Shown: positions 42,838 to 58,109, counted from the first letter of the stretch. The stretch is 64,000 nucleotides of DNA from Eledone cirrhosa (GCA_964016885.1 OZ024751.1:41850001-41914000); one strand, 5' to 3'. Made by a program: numbers and translations. Notes: generated from the sequence alone by a model not told the origin.

Positions 42838-43975
42838 CTGTTGTTGTTGCTGCTGTATCTGCTGTTGTTGTTGTTGCTGCTACTGTTGCTGCTACTGTTG
42901 TTGTTGCTGTTGTTGTTGTTGCTGGAACTATTGCTGTTGTTGTTGCTGCTGTATCTGCTGTTGCTGTTGTTACTGCTGGAACTATTGCTGTTGTTGTTGT
43001 TGCTGCTGAAATTGTTGCTGTTGTTGTTGCTGCTGTGTCTGCTGTTGTTGTTGTTGTTGCTGCTACTGTTGCTGCTGTTGCTGTTGTTGTTGCTGTGTCT
43101 GCTGTTGTTGTTGCTGCTGTGTCTGTTGTTGTTGTTGTTGTTGTTGCTGCTACTGTTGCTGCTGTTGCTGTTGTTGTTGCTGTGTCTGCTGTTGTTGTTG
43201 CTGCTGTGTCTGTTGTTGTTGTTGCTGCTACTGTTGCTGCTGTTGCTGCTGTTGCTGTTGTTGTTGCTGTGTCTGTTGTTGTTGTTGCTGCTGTGTCTGT
43301 TGTTGTTGTTGTTGCTGCTGTGTCTGTTGTTGTTGTTGTTGCTGCTGCTACTGTTGCTGCTGTTGCTGCTGTTGCTGTTGTTGTTGCTGTGTCTGTTGTT
43401 GTTGTTGCTGCTGTGTCTGTTGTTGTTGTTGTTGCTGCTGCTACTGTTGCTGCTGTTGCTGTTGTTGTTGCTGTGTCTGTTGTTGTTGCTGCTGTGTCTG
43501 TTGTTGTTGTTGTTGCTGCTGCTACTGTTGCTGCTGTTGTTGTTGCTGTGTCTGCTGTTGTTGTTGCTGCTGTGTCTGTTGTTGTTGTTGTTGCTGCTGC
43601 TACTGTTGCTGCTGTTGCTGTTGTTGTTGCTGTGTCTGCTGTTGTTGTTACTGCTGTGTCTGCTGTTGTTGTTGCTGCTGTGTCTGATGTTGTTCTTGTT
43701 GCTGCTGCTACTGTTGCTGCTGTTGCTGTTATTGTTGCTGTGCCTGCTGCTGTTGTTGTTGCTGCTGTGTCTGTTGTTGCTGCTACTGTTGCTGCTGTTG
43801 CTGCTGTTGCTGTTGTTGTTGCTGTGTCTGCTGTTGTTGTTGCTGCTGTGTCTGTTGTTGTTGTTGTTGTTGCTGCTACTGTTGCTGCTGTTGCTGTTGT
43901 TGTTGCTGCTGTTATTGTTGCTGTGTCTGCTGTTGTTGTTGCTGCTGTGTCTGTTGTTGCTGCTGCTGTTGCTGC
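42838..43975. repeat. Cryptic (GTT/GCT)n trinucleotide array
   Basis: Mixed GTT/GCT triplets with recurrent GTGTCT and GCTACT interruptions. Confidence 0.9.
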
Positions 43976-46145
43976 TTCACACTCGTAAACACTCGTAAAC
44001 ACACGTCACCATTGCTAACTCACAAACAAGCACTCATACACACATATACACACTCACACGCACACATTCTCACACACACTCTCTCTCTCACACACACTCT
44101 CACACACACTCACATACACACATTCTCACACCACTCTCTCACACACACACTCTCACACACACACTCTCTCACAACCTCACACACACACACACATGTAACT
44201 ACAGCCAATTACACCGGCCACCATTTCTATATAAACATCAGTTACAGTAGCAATACTTGAAACAATGACAAACAATAAAACAAATAAGAGATCGATAGAT
44301 TTTATCGATTGATTGATAACAATTATGTCGAGTGATAGATTATCTTTGGGGATTTATTTGAGTAAGATCTATCTGATATATTTTTAGCACAACAAGAATA
44401 TCGATTAGGGGATGTTTTCTTTTTTTTTTGGTGGGGGTGAGGGTTGTTTTTATTGTTTTTTGTGGGGGGAGGGGGTCATTGATTTTTTTTTGTGGGGGTG
44501 AGGGTTGTTTTTATTGTTTTTTTTTTCGTTTTTTTTTTGGTGGGGGAGTGTATTTTTTAAATCATCTGATTGTTAGCAGCTGTAGAAATGGTTCGACTGA
44601 AAACGACCACAGTTGAAAGTACACGTGAACTTGTTATCAATTGAAATAGATTAAAAGAGTACAAACAAACAAAACAAACAAAAAAACTCTTACACAACTA
44701 CAATTATATCGCCATTAATTTCAGACAATATTTTATAGAAATTACTCTGTGGCAGAATAATTGAACAGGATAATAAGATGGGATAACGAAGAATTAGTAT
44801 AGAGAGACATGATAAGTTCATTGTTTCAGTTGAAATTGATTTATGTCGTGTTTACTGATGAAGTGCGTGATCTAGTGGTAAGGGTGTTGGACTTACGATC
44901 ATAATGTCGTGGGTTCGATTCCTGGGCAGGGTTGTGTGTTGTGTTTTTTAGAAAAGCACTTCATTTCACTTTGCTCCAGTATCCTCAGCTGAAAATGTGT
45001 ACCAGCAATAGCTGGGATTTAAACCTACAATTGACTGGCGTCCTATCCAGGGGGAAGAATATGAGGCGGCGGAAGAGGAGAAAGAGAAGAAGAAGACATT
45101 TTTCCAATTCCTCTTAAGTCAACGTCTTTTTTTTTTTTGTCCTTTTATATTTAATCTTCCATATTCTTTATTTAACCTTCAAACTGGTATCTCACCTATT
45201 TTGGTAACATCAACCCCCTACCTGGCTGGGGTGTATTTTATTTCATAGAACAATGTCAACATTTTTTTTTCCTTTTCTATTGTGAAATGATTAATAAGAT
45301 TTAAATGGAAATGAGTGTAAAGCTGGCGAAAAACGAAATGTCAAACACATACACTGGGTACAAGAACCCAAAGGTAGCTTGTCAGTTTCTCTATGGAATA
45401 TCAAACATTGCTTTCAGCTCTCAGTGAAAGTTCTCAAGGTGATGTATTGGGGTAAGACATATGTTATCCATCTTGTAGGTTTATTTTATAATCTTACCAA
45501 AGAATTCATGATGGAACTGTTCTGTAGTGGGGTGTGTAGTCTAGTGGTAAGGGTGTTGGACTTACTTGTGACAATAATGTCGTGGGTTCGATTCCTGGGG
45601 CAGATTTACTTTATTATGTTACCAGAGAAACCATGATGAAACTGTTCTGTAGTGGGGGGGTCGTTCAGTGTTGGACTTACTTGTGACAATAATGTCCTGG
45701 GTTCGATTACTGGACAGAGTTGGGTGTTGTGTTCTTGAGCAAAATACTTCATTTCACATTGCTCCAGTGAAATGAGTACCAGCAACAATAGCGGGAGGTT
45801 TAAACATGCGATGGACTAACGTCCTGTCCAGGGGAAGTCTTATACTCTCAGTCACTTCACGCCACAGAAACCTGGATAAGCACCGGCCTGGTGAGCCTCC
45901 GGACTTGAGACAAACTTTAGACTTCGATCTCTACTGCGTATGTAAAATGTCTAAGAAGGTATTTCATTACGACACCCCTACGACTTCATACTATTAATAG
46001 TGGTAAGACATTCTCAGGAGAGCTGAACAGCAGAAGGCTTTCAGAGAAGAAACCCCCACCTCCAGTAAGTGTTTCGGCCCTTAACTTACGGCACCCCTAC
46101 AACTCCATCATGAGTTATGGGTCTATATAAAATATTGATTGTGAA

Positions 46146-46280
46146 GGCGCATGGCTTAGTGGTTAGAGCATTGGACTTGTAATTGCGAGGTTGTGAGTTC
46201 AATTCTCGGACCGGGTGATGTGTTGTTTCCTTGAGCAAGATACTTTATTTCACGTTGCTCCAGTTTACTCAGCTGTAGAA
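46146..46280 (+). mobile_element. tRNA-derived CORE-like SINE family 2. Other copies at ~7590-7915(-), 31676-31778, 44862-45055, 45528-45922
   Basis: TGGCTTAGTGG A box, GAGTTCAATTC/GGTTCGATTCC B box, CORE-like TG..CCTTGAGCAAGA.ACTT. Confidence 0.8.
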
Positions 46281-47175
46281 ACGAGATGATAGGACTGGGG
46301 ACCCTCTCATTAAATTACCCAAGACACCTCCAACGAGATATACCTTGAAGGAGGCCAGCTAAACCTGCTGTCACACACACATATAATATTGATAATATTT
46401 ACAGAATGAAACATTGAAAAAAGTTACGAATGCTTGTTGTGTTCTTGAAATAGAGCAGCAGATTTTATTGACGTGCTGTTTAGCAATAACGCTTAACCTG
46501 GGAGACTTGCTTAGCAATTGTGAAACACTGGAGTTTATGAGTTCTAACAACAATAGACATGTTTGTTTAACCATATTACCTTTCAACGAATTCATTTACA
46601 AAAGATAAATCAATAACAGATCTGTATATTGTTATTATTTGAAGCTTTATTTCTTCAGAATCGATCGCTCTGTAGTTTCTGACACCGATAAGCAAATCAT
46701 CCAACCGTAGAGAAACACAAAACCAAAATCATAAAAATGAAACAAATATATAGCCTTTAATACCTCTATTTCTACATAACTATCAAAATCGTTTTATTGA
46801 CACATAGGTGAAAGTCACAAATTTTAATGTAAGTGTCTTCAGAAGAATTCACTGTTCATTCCGACATGAATTTTCTATAATAGATTTTTGTTTTTAATAT
46901 TACTGCTAAAGATGTTCAGATCTGAACAATTCTCTTTATGGGATTCAATTAAAGATATAGACATGAATAATGAGGTTACCAGCATCAAAATATATTATTT
47001 GTAATATGGTGATATAGCGTTGCTCCGATGTAAAGTATGAAAAGATTTATATTTTAGTGGTTAGCGTCGTTGATTCGAAGATTTAACATTTATAAGTTTT
47101 ATTATTGGATTTTTACACGTACACACAGAGACACTTATATACACTGGTAGTGGCACACAACAGTTAATACGCATG

Positions 47176-47239
<64 letters not shown>

Positions 47240-47261
47240 CGTATATGTATATATATATAGG

Positions 47262-47300
<39 letters not shown>

Positions 47301-47473
47301 GTATAGGATTATCCAAGATGCAGTGATGGTTAATTACTACACTGGATATGGTTGACGTACGGTAAGAGGTTACTCTACGAGTTATGGAAGAATTGTTCAA
47401 GATCGTGGAAACACTTGTAAGCACACGGAATAAACTACCTTTTTATGATGTCTACCTGTTATTATTCATTCTT

Positions 47474-47506
<33 letters not shown>

Positions 47507-47553
47507 GTAAATAAATCTACCAAAATGTACGGTAGTGTCCAATCCGTATGAAG

Positions 47554-47655
<102 letters not shown>

Positions 47656-47663
47656 TGCATTAA

Positions 47664-47694
<31 letters not shown>

Positions 47695-47743
47695 CTGTGT
47701 GTGTGTATGTATGTATATCTATGTATATATATATATACGTGTG

Positions 47744-47789
<46 letters not shown>

Positions 47790-47851
47790 TGTGTATTTGT
47801 GTATAGGTATGTATACATGTATATATACATATTTATGTGTGCTTGTGTGTG

Positions 47852-47884
<33 letters not shown>

Positions 47885-48239
47885 ACATACATATATATTG
47901 TGGAAAGGACTCGATGATTATTAGTTTTGTACAGTAAATGAAGAACTTATAAAATTACGAGACTTATTAAATTAAGTTAAATACAATGAGGATGGGTTAC
48001 GAAATTAAATATTTTTGAGTGGTCTAATGAAATAAAATATAAAATGATTATAAATCTATTGTGTTATATAATATGTAGGAAAATATTGGAAGAAGTATTG
48101 GAGGAAATTAATGGTGGGTAGGAAAGGGAGATAAGAAAATATAATTATTTTGAGAATATATGAAATATGTCCATGAAAAATTCGGTTAATTCCGAGGAAA
48201 TTATTCCAGTAATCGAAGTATTTATTTGGTTCGATATAT

Positions 48240-48432
48240 GTTATACTCCTTTGGGAGCCCTTACATGGACACACTAGAAGAGGAAGACCAAGGTTAACGT
48301 ATGTTGATGCCCTAAGGACAGACACTGGTCTGTTGGAGATGCAGGACATGGCAGCGATAATGAGGGACAGAGACCGCTGGAGAGAACTCGTCCATGGATC
48401 TCGGGAATTTTACCCGCCTTAGATAGATAGAT
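48240..48432 (+). mobile_element. 3' fragment of an RTE-clade LINE
   Basis: Translates ILLWEPLHGHTRRGRPRLTYVDALRTDTG..MRDRDRWRELV, typical of an RTE C-terminus; short (AGAT)n tail. Confidence 0.8.
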
Positions 48433-49359
48433 ATGTTATATGGTCCTGTATCATTTGGAATAGAAGGTGCTCATATATATGGATAAATATTGAATTTATA
48501 TACAAATTGGTAAAGATGTTTTCGTGAAATTATCAAATATACAATAGTCGTCTGTTAGACATTTCAGTGTTATTTAGATTAGAAGCTGCTGATATATGTG
48601 GATAAATGTTATATCAAAATACAAGCGGGTAAAGATTTTTTTTTTTTAGTTTAATGATCAAATAAGCAATGGCCGTCTATGTTAGACACTATGTTATTTA
48701 GAGTAGAAACTACTAATATATCTAGATAGATATTCAATTTATATACAAGCCGGTATAGATTTTAATGTAATAATCCAATAAGCAATGGTTGATTGTGTTA
48801 GACTATGTAATAAAATTGTTACATAAAATGTAAAGTGTATTTTCTTGTTTGTCTTTGCATGCTAATAATGATATAAACCAAATCTTTGGAGGATGATAAT
48901 GGTGTCTAGTTTAGGCACAAGGCCAGCAATTTTGTTTGTTAATTTCATGAGCAAGCTGTTCCGTTGATCGAACCACAATGGAACACTCGTTGTCGGAACT
49001 GACGGAACTTCAATACACATATATTCATTCATTTCCCACAATTGTTTAGAATTGTTTCTAATTTAGGCACAAGGCCAGCAATTTGTGGAGAGAGGGGGTG
49101 GGGGAGAAAAATATAAAATTGACCCTGGTTCTTGGCTTGCTCGTTTTTATCTACCTCGGAAGGACGAGACGCAAAGTTGACCCCAGTGGGATTAGAACCC
49201 TCAATGTAGAGCACCAGAACGACTGCCTCAAAGTATTTTGTTTGATACTCTAACGATGTTTCCAATCCACCAGCTTCGACACTGATAATATGGCTTAATT
49301 TAAATATCTTCAGATTTCCTTTTTTACATTCCCGTACTATACAAAGAAGGTTGTGAATT

Positions 49360-49940
49360 GGCAGAGTGGTTAGAACGTCGGATAGAATGGTAGAGTCGTT
49401 AGAACGTCGGATAGAATGGTAGAGTGGTTAGAACGTCGGATAGAATGGTAGAGTCGTTAGAACGTCGGATAGAATGGTAGAGTCGTTAGAACGTCGGATA
49501 GAATGGTAGAGTCGTTAGAACGTCGGATAGAATGGTAGAGTCGTTAGAACGTCGGATAGAATGGTAGAGTCGTTAGAACGTCGGATAGAATGGTAGAGTG
49601 GTTAGAACGTCGGATAGAATGGTAGAGTCGTTAGAACGTCGGATAGAATGGTAGAGTCGTTAGAACGTCGGATAGAATGGCAGAGTCGTTAGAACGTCGG
49701 ATAGAATGGCAGAGTCGTTAGAACGTCGGATAGAATGGTAGAGTCGTTAGAACGTCAGATAGAATGGTAGAGTCGTTAGAACGTCGGATAGAATGGTAGA
49801 GTCGTTAGAACGTCGGATAGAATGGCAGAGTCGTTAGAACGTCGGATAGAATGGTAGAGTCGTTAGAACGTCGGATAGAATGGTAGAGTGATTAGAACGT
49901 CGGATAGAATGGTAGAGTCGTTAGAACGTCGGATAGAATG
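49360..49940 (+). repeat. 29-bp tandem repeat (~20 copies) derived from a SINE 5' (A-box) region
   Basis: GTAGAGTCGTTAGAACGTCGGATAGAATG repeated, followed by the rest of the SINE body. Confidence 0.92.
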
Positions 49941-50234
49941 CTTTGCTCTATTCGTTTCGGTTCTCTGCTCTCTCTCAGCTCAAAATCCCGCCGAAGTCAA
50001 CTTTGATTTTCATCCATTCGAGGTCGATAAAAGAAGTACCAGTTTTGTACTGGGTCGATTCTTCCTCTATATCTCTTTCTCGCTTTCATTCTCACATTCT
50101 CTATCTGGTGTATTCAGACCTGGTGAAGAGATGGGTTCCGCCAGCTTTTAAAAATATGCCCTAGAAACACCGTATGTCAATGTAGTGCCCCTACCACTCC
50201 TTCAGAAGTTACGGGGTCATGCGTCCATGAACTA

Positions 50235-50775
50235 TAAAAAGAATACTATAAACCTACAATAGTACAAGAATACTATAAACCTATAATAGTACAAGAATAC
50301 TATAAACCTACAATAGTACAAGAATACTATAAACCTACAATAGTACAAGAATACTATAAACCTACAATAGTACAAGAATACTATAAACCTATAATAGTAC
50401 AAGAATACTATAAACCTACAATAGTACAAGAATACTATAAACCGATAATAGTACAAGAATACTATAAACCTATAATAGTACAAGAATACTATAAACCTAT
50501 AATAGTACAGGAATACTATAAACCTATAATAGTACAAGAATACTATAAACCTACAATAGTACAAGAATACTATAAACCTATAATAGTACAAGAATACTAT
50601 AAACCTATAATAGTACAAGAACACTATAAACCTATAATAGTACAAGAATACTATAAACCTATAATAGTACAAGAATACTATAAACCTATAATAGTACAAG
50701 AATACTATAAACCTATAATAGTACAAGAATACTATAAACCTATAATAGTACAAGAATACTATAAACCTATAATAG
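50235..50775. repeat. 27-bp tandem repeat (~20 copies)
   Basis: AAGAATACTATAAACCTA(T/C)AATAGTAC repeated. Confidence 0.95.
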
Positions 50776-51562
50776 GGCAGTGTTTAGATATTCAGTTAAA
50801 CATTTTATAAGTACACGTGTACTAACAATTCATTCCGTTATTTCTGATGCTCATTTACCTTATTAGGATACACGTGGATGTGTATATATGTGTGGATGTG
50901 TGTATTAGTGTGTATTAGAAAAAGATGAAAGACAAAGTTGACTTCGGCGGGATTCGAACTCAGAGAGCAGAGAACCGAAACAAATACAGCAAAGCATTCT
51001 ACCTGACTTACAAATGTGCCGCCTCTGTGAGTTATATTACAGGAACGAAATAAGAAAAAAATTCAATTCCTTCATATCAGTGTATCGTGAGAATATTAAA
51101 TTATGAGCTCTAAATTTCATTATATCATAACACTATATGTGTACATGTATGTGTCTATATGTTACAATTATTATAGTGATGATATGATATAAACTATAAC
51201 TTGTATTATTCCCTTGAGCTCATGTTGTATTTAAACATTTCCTTTCCACCTTCAATATCTAATATAGTTATACTTCTACTTGGTTTCTGGATATATAGAG
51301 CTTTTTATACCGAATTATTGCGATACAGCTGTCTGACAAACGCTGATGTATACCATTTTGGAGCGGTGGTTGGGGGTTAGTAAAAGTGCAACTAATGGTA
51401 AATCATTGGCATACATTGTAAGACCCCAGTTATAGAGTAAAGAAAAAAAAGATGGTTTTTGAAACTTCGGAGTTGTACATGATATGGCTTGCATGCTTGC
51501 ATGCGTGTATATGTTTGCGCGTACGTGCAAAATGTGTATGCGTGTATAAAGTGAGGGTATAG

Positions 51563-51628
<66 letters not shown>

Positions 51629-51809
51629 ACCACACTTTATATATGTATATATATATATATATATTGAGTATATGTTGGTTGTATACCAACACCTCAGTAT
51701 GCAGGCTGGAGCACTCGACGAAGTGCGCAGGTTGGTTCGGTTACTCCGGAGTAATGTAAAATAAAGTAAAATAAATAAGTCAAATGTTTAAAATTTAGCA
51801 TCGTTTATT

Positions 51810-51866
51810 ACTGCTATATATATATTTCAGTGACAGCCATCCTTGGCTGTGACCTCTTCAGGCAGT
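51810..51866 (-). ncRNA. Type I hammerhead ribozyme
   Basis: Reverse complement reads ACTGC-CTGAAGA-GGTcACAGCCA(AGGA)TGGCTGTcACT-GAAA-TATATATA-TA^GCAGT. Confidence 0.82.
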
Positions 51867-52254
51867 CCGAATTAGTGTGGTATAGACAAGTACATATGTT
51901 GTTGAGGTGTATAATTTTGTCAATACTCTGATATGCGCAGTTCGCTGCTTTCACTCTTAACGGGATCTTCAGAAGATCCAGTTAAGGGTGAAAGCAGCTA
52001 TTCTTAAACTTTAATCTGTTATTTTAATATATATATATATAAATATATATATACAGAATTAGCCGTCGAAACGGCTTGAGCTCAGCTGTCGGGGTCTTAC
52101 TGGTTCCTATTACCCACTCTACTACCTCAAGTATTGAGTACTTTGGTGCGTTATGGTCCACCTGGTTCCTTACCACATTTCCTTCGTTATATATATATAT
52201 ATATATATATACATATGAAATATAAGAATCAAAGAACTGTTCAAAACATTATTG

Positions 52255-52301
52255 TGCTTACAGCTGTTTCCTCCAAACCGAGGTTTGGATTCTTCGGAGC
52301 A
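52255..52301 (-). ncRNA. Hammerhead with a core substitution (CCGAAGA), probably impaired
   Basis: Reverse complement reads TGCT-CCGAAGA-A TCCAAAC(CTCG)GTTTGGA G-GAAA-CAGCTG-TA^AGCA. Confidence 0.7.
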
Positions 52302-52830
52302 ATTTATTAATGCATGGACAGTTATATGACCTCCTTTTCAGCCGAGAGACATACCAACACATATTCAAACATTGATACATATTCAAACATTGTGGGTCAA
52401 CATTCATTACAGAATTTAGAGTGGCAGTACACACTTCGAGATTACATTTATATTAATAGGTACAATCAAATATCAAAGATATAGGTTAAAATACAACATG
52501 AAGATAAGCGGTTATATAGTGCAAATATTATATGTGTGGCACGCATGTGCGTCTTGTTTATATAGTGTGGCAGAGAGATATGTGTGGTAGAGGCAATTAG
52601 GTAGGTAAATAAGAGTGTTAGGTTGGTAGATCGGGTGGCAAATTCTTTATATGATTGATATAGTCTGTGTGTGGAGAAATATTATAAGCATTAAAGATAG
52701 TGCAAGCATTAAACTTACTGGTAATAAGGTAGTAATACAATACTGCCTACCACTATTTAGGGTGTGTGTAAAATACTTACAACTGCTTAAGGTTTTGTGT
52801 TTACATAACCATAAATAGTATAACTAATAC

Positions 52831-52920
<90 letters not shown>

Positions 52921-53079
52921 CATTTGTTATGGCTATTTGTGAGCTTTGTCACTCTAAAGTTTCACCTGCGCGCACTCACATGATCACCAGTGTTGTCTCT
53001 TTAGAAGACAAATCTAACGGAATCCATATTCAACAGAGTTGAGGTGTATATATGTCTATATGTAGATATATGAGTTGTA

Positions 53080-53165
<86 letters not shown>

Positions 53166-53645
53166 TATGTGTGTTTGTTTTTATATGTGCTTGTGTGTAT
53201 TTGTGTTTGTGTTTGTATGAGTGTGCTTGTGTTTGTATGTGTGTTCCTGTGTGTGTATATATGTGTGTTGGTGTATGTATATGTATGTGTGTTGGTGTAT
53301 CTGTGTATAATGTTTCTGTGTGTATTTTTGTATGTGTGTATATGTGTCTGTTTATGTTTGCTTGTGAGTATGCGTATGTTTGTCTTTGTGTGTACGATTA
53401 TGTGAGTTTGTGTTTGTATGTTTGTGTTTGTGTGTGTGTGTGTCTGTATATGTGTGTTTGTGTATGTATGTGTGTGTGCGTCTGTGTGTGTGTTTGTTTA
53501 AGTATATACTTATGTACGTTTGTGTGTGTGCGTTTATGTATATGTATGTTTGTATGTATGTGTTTATGTTTGTGTGTACGTTTGTGTATGTGTGTGATTG
53601 TGTATATATATATATGTGTGTTTGTGCGTGTGCGTGTGCGTGTGC

Positions 53646-53737
<92 letters not shown>

Positions 53738-54109
53738 AATAAGGAAGAAGCACAACAGTAAGTAAACAACTATAGTATATCAGGTTAATGTTCTGGCAAT
53801 CGAAATAGACATTTCTGCCAGCTAACAAAGATCACATCTTTCCCCTAAATTGAATTTTCCCATAAATTAATTCTTAATTCTTTTTTCTGTTATTTCTTCG
53901 TTTTTAATTGTCTCAACTTTCCTTTCAGAATCACTAACAATTGTTGGTAGATTTTTATTTTCTTTCTCAAAATAAGAAACAAATTTCAATTAATTTTGAA
54001 TTTCTTCTCTACATCATTCAGTAGACCAACGCCTACTTGAAGTTTCTAAATTCACGACACCATTGGATCACATGACTTATCATCCAAACCTCATTTTATA
54101 GTGTGTGTG

Positions 54110-54224
<115 letters not shown>

Positions 54225-54331
54225 CACAAGAGTCAGGACCCCGACGGCTGAGCTCCGTCCGTTTCGACAGCTAGATCCGAGTACTCTGGAGCGTTATGGT
54301 CCACCTGGTTTCTTACCACACTTTCTTTATC

Positions 54332-54380
<49 letters not shown>

Positions 54381-54386
54381 GAAATA

Positions 54387-54768
54387 TATTTCTTTGTTTG
54401 CCACAAGGGCGCACAAGAAAAGGGGACAATACAAGGACATATGCCGGGGATTTTACATACAATCGTGTAAAAAAATGTTTAACAAACAAATTCAACAATC
54501 GAAATCCCCAATAGGGGCGGTGGAGGGGAGGCGTAACAAATGGGTTGTTTTGTACCCCTTAGATGGAACAACCCTCAACTCCAGGAGCATGTTCCGCGAG
54601 TGCTCCTTTCTTCCTTTTGCTCTCTTCTTCAACCTACAGGTTTATATACAGAGAAGGCCCAATCACTCGGGACATTTTTGCTACATTCACCCACCTTTCA
54701 GTAAATTTACTGGGGTGCAGTGCCTTTCTCTCCACTCTGATTCTCCTTCTAAAGAGGTACCTAAAGAA
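54387..54768 (-). mobile_element. 3' fragment of the same Tx1-like LINE family, flanked by (GATA)n-type repeats
   Basis: FFRYLFRRRIRVERKALHPSKFTERWVNVAKMSRV plus a homologous 3' UTR. Confidence 0.65.
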
Positions 54769-54934
54769 GGGATAGATAGATAGATATAGATATAGATATA
54801 GATATAGATATAGATATAAAGATAGACATTCCACCTGGTGACTACCGTAGACAAACTATTCCGAAACTCAGCGTTTTATGGAGAGAAGAGAACTAAAGAA
54901 GTTAGCAGTTTAAAATATTTATTCAATAATCTAA

Positions 54935-55460
54935 ACTATAATAAAGTAAGGAGTGCGGGACTGCGTCCAGAATATAATCTTTATCCCGTTTGTAAAATAA
55001 GTTGGATTACATAATTTATCTACTAAATTTCGTTATTCTTGATTAAATGTAAATAATTTTGTGGCTTATTTAAAGATTCACTTCTTTAAAATTTTCAAAT
55101 GTCAACACTTCCGGTTAACGATCGCGTAAATAAAAATTCATATATTACCGTCACTAATGTTCTCCTAATGCAGTTTATATATAATATCGTCTTTTTTTAA
55201 TGTATCATGGATTACGTTACTGATTACATAAGACAGTGTAACGCAGTCTTCGATCAATTTCTGTGTATATTGTCAATTGCGATTTTATTTGACGTATCAT
55301 ATCTACATGTACATATAATTACGTATAATATACACACTTCACATAGTTGTAGCAGAAAAACCACCCGTGGTGTGGTTTTTCTGCTAGTATTCATAATGAC
55401 TAATTTCAAAAGCTGTAGGTAGTAAATGTTATTTACTGTTTTACTGACAATTTGTTCTTC
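54935..55460. mobile_element. Dispersed ~500-bp non-coding repeat; second copy at ~40185-41110 interrupted by a SINE
   Basis: Collinear similarity, e.g. CCCGTTTGTAAAATAAGTTGGATTA, CAAATGTCAACACTTCCGGTTA, AGCAGAAAAACCAC. Confidence 0.75.
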
Positions 55461-55534
55461 CCTTCGCAATATGTTTACAGCTAAGGAGAGCTGTCTTTTA
55501 AAACTCAATCATTAACGATGATGCTGTCAATCTA

Positions 55535-55656
55535 CCTGTATGTCTGTGTGTGTCTGTGTGTGTGTGTCTGTGTGTTTGTGTGTGTGTGTGTGTGTGTGTA
55601 TTTGTCACTCTCTCTCTCTCTCTTTCTCTCTTTGTAATGTGTATGTATCTATATGT

Positions 55657-55692
<36 letters not shown>

Positions 55693-55780
55693 TTGTCGCT
55701 CTCTCTCTCTCTTTGTAATGTGTAATGTGTATGTATCTATATGTGTGTCTGTCTGTGTGTGTGTGTGTGTGTATTTGTCG

Positions 55781-55812
<32 letters not shown>

Positions 55813-56261
55813 TTGTAATGTGTATGTATCTATATGTGTGTCTGTGTGTGTGTATTTGTCGCTCTCTCTCTCTCTCTTTCTCCCTTTGTAATGTGTATGT
55901 ATCTATATGTGTGTCTGTGTGTGTGTGTGTGTGTGTGTATTTGTCGCTCTCTCTCTCTCTTTCTCTCTTTGTAATGTGTATGTATCTATATGTGTGTCTG
56001 TGTCTGTGTGTGTGTGTGTGTGTGTGTCTGTGTGTGTGTGTGTGTGTATTTGACGCTCTCTCTCTCTCTCTTTCTCTCTTTGTAATGTGTATGTATCTAT
56101 ATGTGTGTGTGTGTGTGTGTGTGTATTTGTCGCTCTCTCTCTCTCTCTTTCTCTCTTTGTAATGTGTATGTATCTATATGTGTGTCTGTGTGTGTGTGTG
56201 TGTGTGTGTGTATTTGTCACTCTCTCTCTCTCTCTTTCTCTCTTTGTAATGTGTATGTATC

Positions 56262-56302
<41 letters not shown>

Positions 56303-56438
56303 TTGTCGCTCTCTCTCTCTCTCTTTCTCTCTTTGTAATGTGTATGTATCTATATGTGTGTCTGTGTGTGTGTGTGTGTGTATTTGTCACTCTCTCTCTC
56401 TCTCTTTCTCTCTTTGTAATGTGTATGTATCTATATGT

Positions 56439-56514
<76 letters not shown>

Positions 56515-56656
56515 TTGTCGCTCTCTCTCTCTTTCTCTCTTTGTAATGTGTATGTATCTATATGTGTGTCTGTGTGTGTGTGTGTGTGTGTGTATTTGTC
56601 GCTCTCTCTCTCTCTCTCTTTCTCTCTTTGTAATGTGTATGTATCTATATGTGTGG

Positions 56657-56696
<40 letters not shown>

Positions 56697-56850
56697 TTGT
56701 CGCTCTCTCTCTCTCTCTTTCTCTCTTTGTAATGTGTATGTATCTATATGTGTGTCTGTGTGTGTGTATGTGTGTGTGTGTGTGTGTGTGTGTATTTGTC
56801 GCTCTCTCTCTCTCTCTTTCTCTCTTTGTAATGTGTATGTATCTATATGT

Positions 56851-56882
<32 letters not shown>

Positions 56883-57063
56883 ATTTGTCGCTCTCTCTCT
56901 CTCTCTTTCTCTCTTTGTAATGTGTATGTATCTATATGTGTGTCTGTGTGTGTGTCTGTGTGTGTGTATGTGTGTATGTGTGTGTGTGTGTGTGTGTGTG
57001 TATTTGTCGGTCTCTCTCTCTCTCTTTCTCTCTTTGTAATGTGTATGTATCTATATGTGTGTC

Positions 57064-57110
<47 letters not shown>

Positions 57111-57280
57111 TTGTCACTCTCTCTCTCTCTCTTTCTCTCTTTGTAATGTGTATATATCTATATGTGTGTCTGTGTGTGTGTGTGTGTGTATTTGTCGCTC
57201 TCTCTCTCTCTCTCTTTCTCTCTTTGTAATGTGTATGTATCTATATGTGTGTCTGTGTGTGTGTGTGTTTGTATTTGTCC
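55535..57280. repeat. Compound minisatellite: fixed linkers with variable (TG)n and (TC)n, ~20 units
   Basis: TATTTGTCGC(TC)nTTTCTCTCTTTGTAATGTGTATGTATCTATATGTGTG..(TG)n. Confidence 0.92.
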
Positions 57281-57364
57281 TTCTCTGTCGCTCTCTCTGT
57301 CGCTCTCTCTCATCTCTTTCATCTCACTCTCATCTCTCTCTCTCTCTCGCTCTCTCTCTCTCTT

Positions 57365-57405
<41 letters not shown>

Positions 57406-57483
57406 TTCTGTATGTCTGCAATGTGTATGTATATGTGTGTGTCTGTGTGTGTTTATGTCTGTCGCTCTGTCTGTTGCTTTCTC

Positions 57484-57601
<118 letters not shown>

Positions 57602-57841
57602 CTCTATCTAGCTATCTATCTCTCTCTCTCTCTCTCTGTAATGTGTAAGTATATGTATTCTTTAGCTAGCTACCTTATTTAATTAACAGCAGGGGTTTTG
57701 TAATTACAGAAACATTTTTCTGTAGATATGTTTCTTTATTTTTTCTTTCATGTAATTTTTAATTATTTGGATTGGTAGAGTCTTTCAGCTGCCTTCATTG
57801 AGATTTTTTTTTCATTAGTTTGGTATTAGGTAATTTCAGTG

Positions 57842-57977
<136 letters not shown>

Positions 57978-57986
57978 GTGTTCCAC

Positions 57987-58109
<123 letters not shown>

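Noticed and set aside
42794-44002. 402-aa Thr/Ala mucin- or antifreeze-like ORF
   Set aside because: Open in several frames on both strands because the GTT/GCT repeat has no stops; no signal peptide or unique coding flank. Not excluded without RNA data.
55535-57280. CRISPR-like alternation of fixed repeat and variable spacer
   Set aside because: The spacers are only (TG)n/(TC)n length variants; no cas genes; eukaryotic context.
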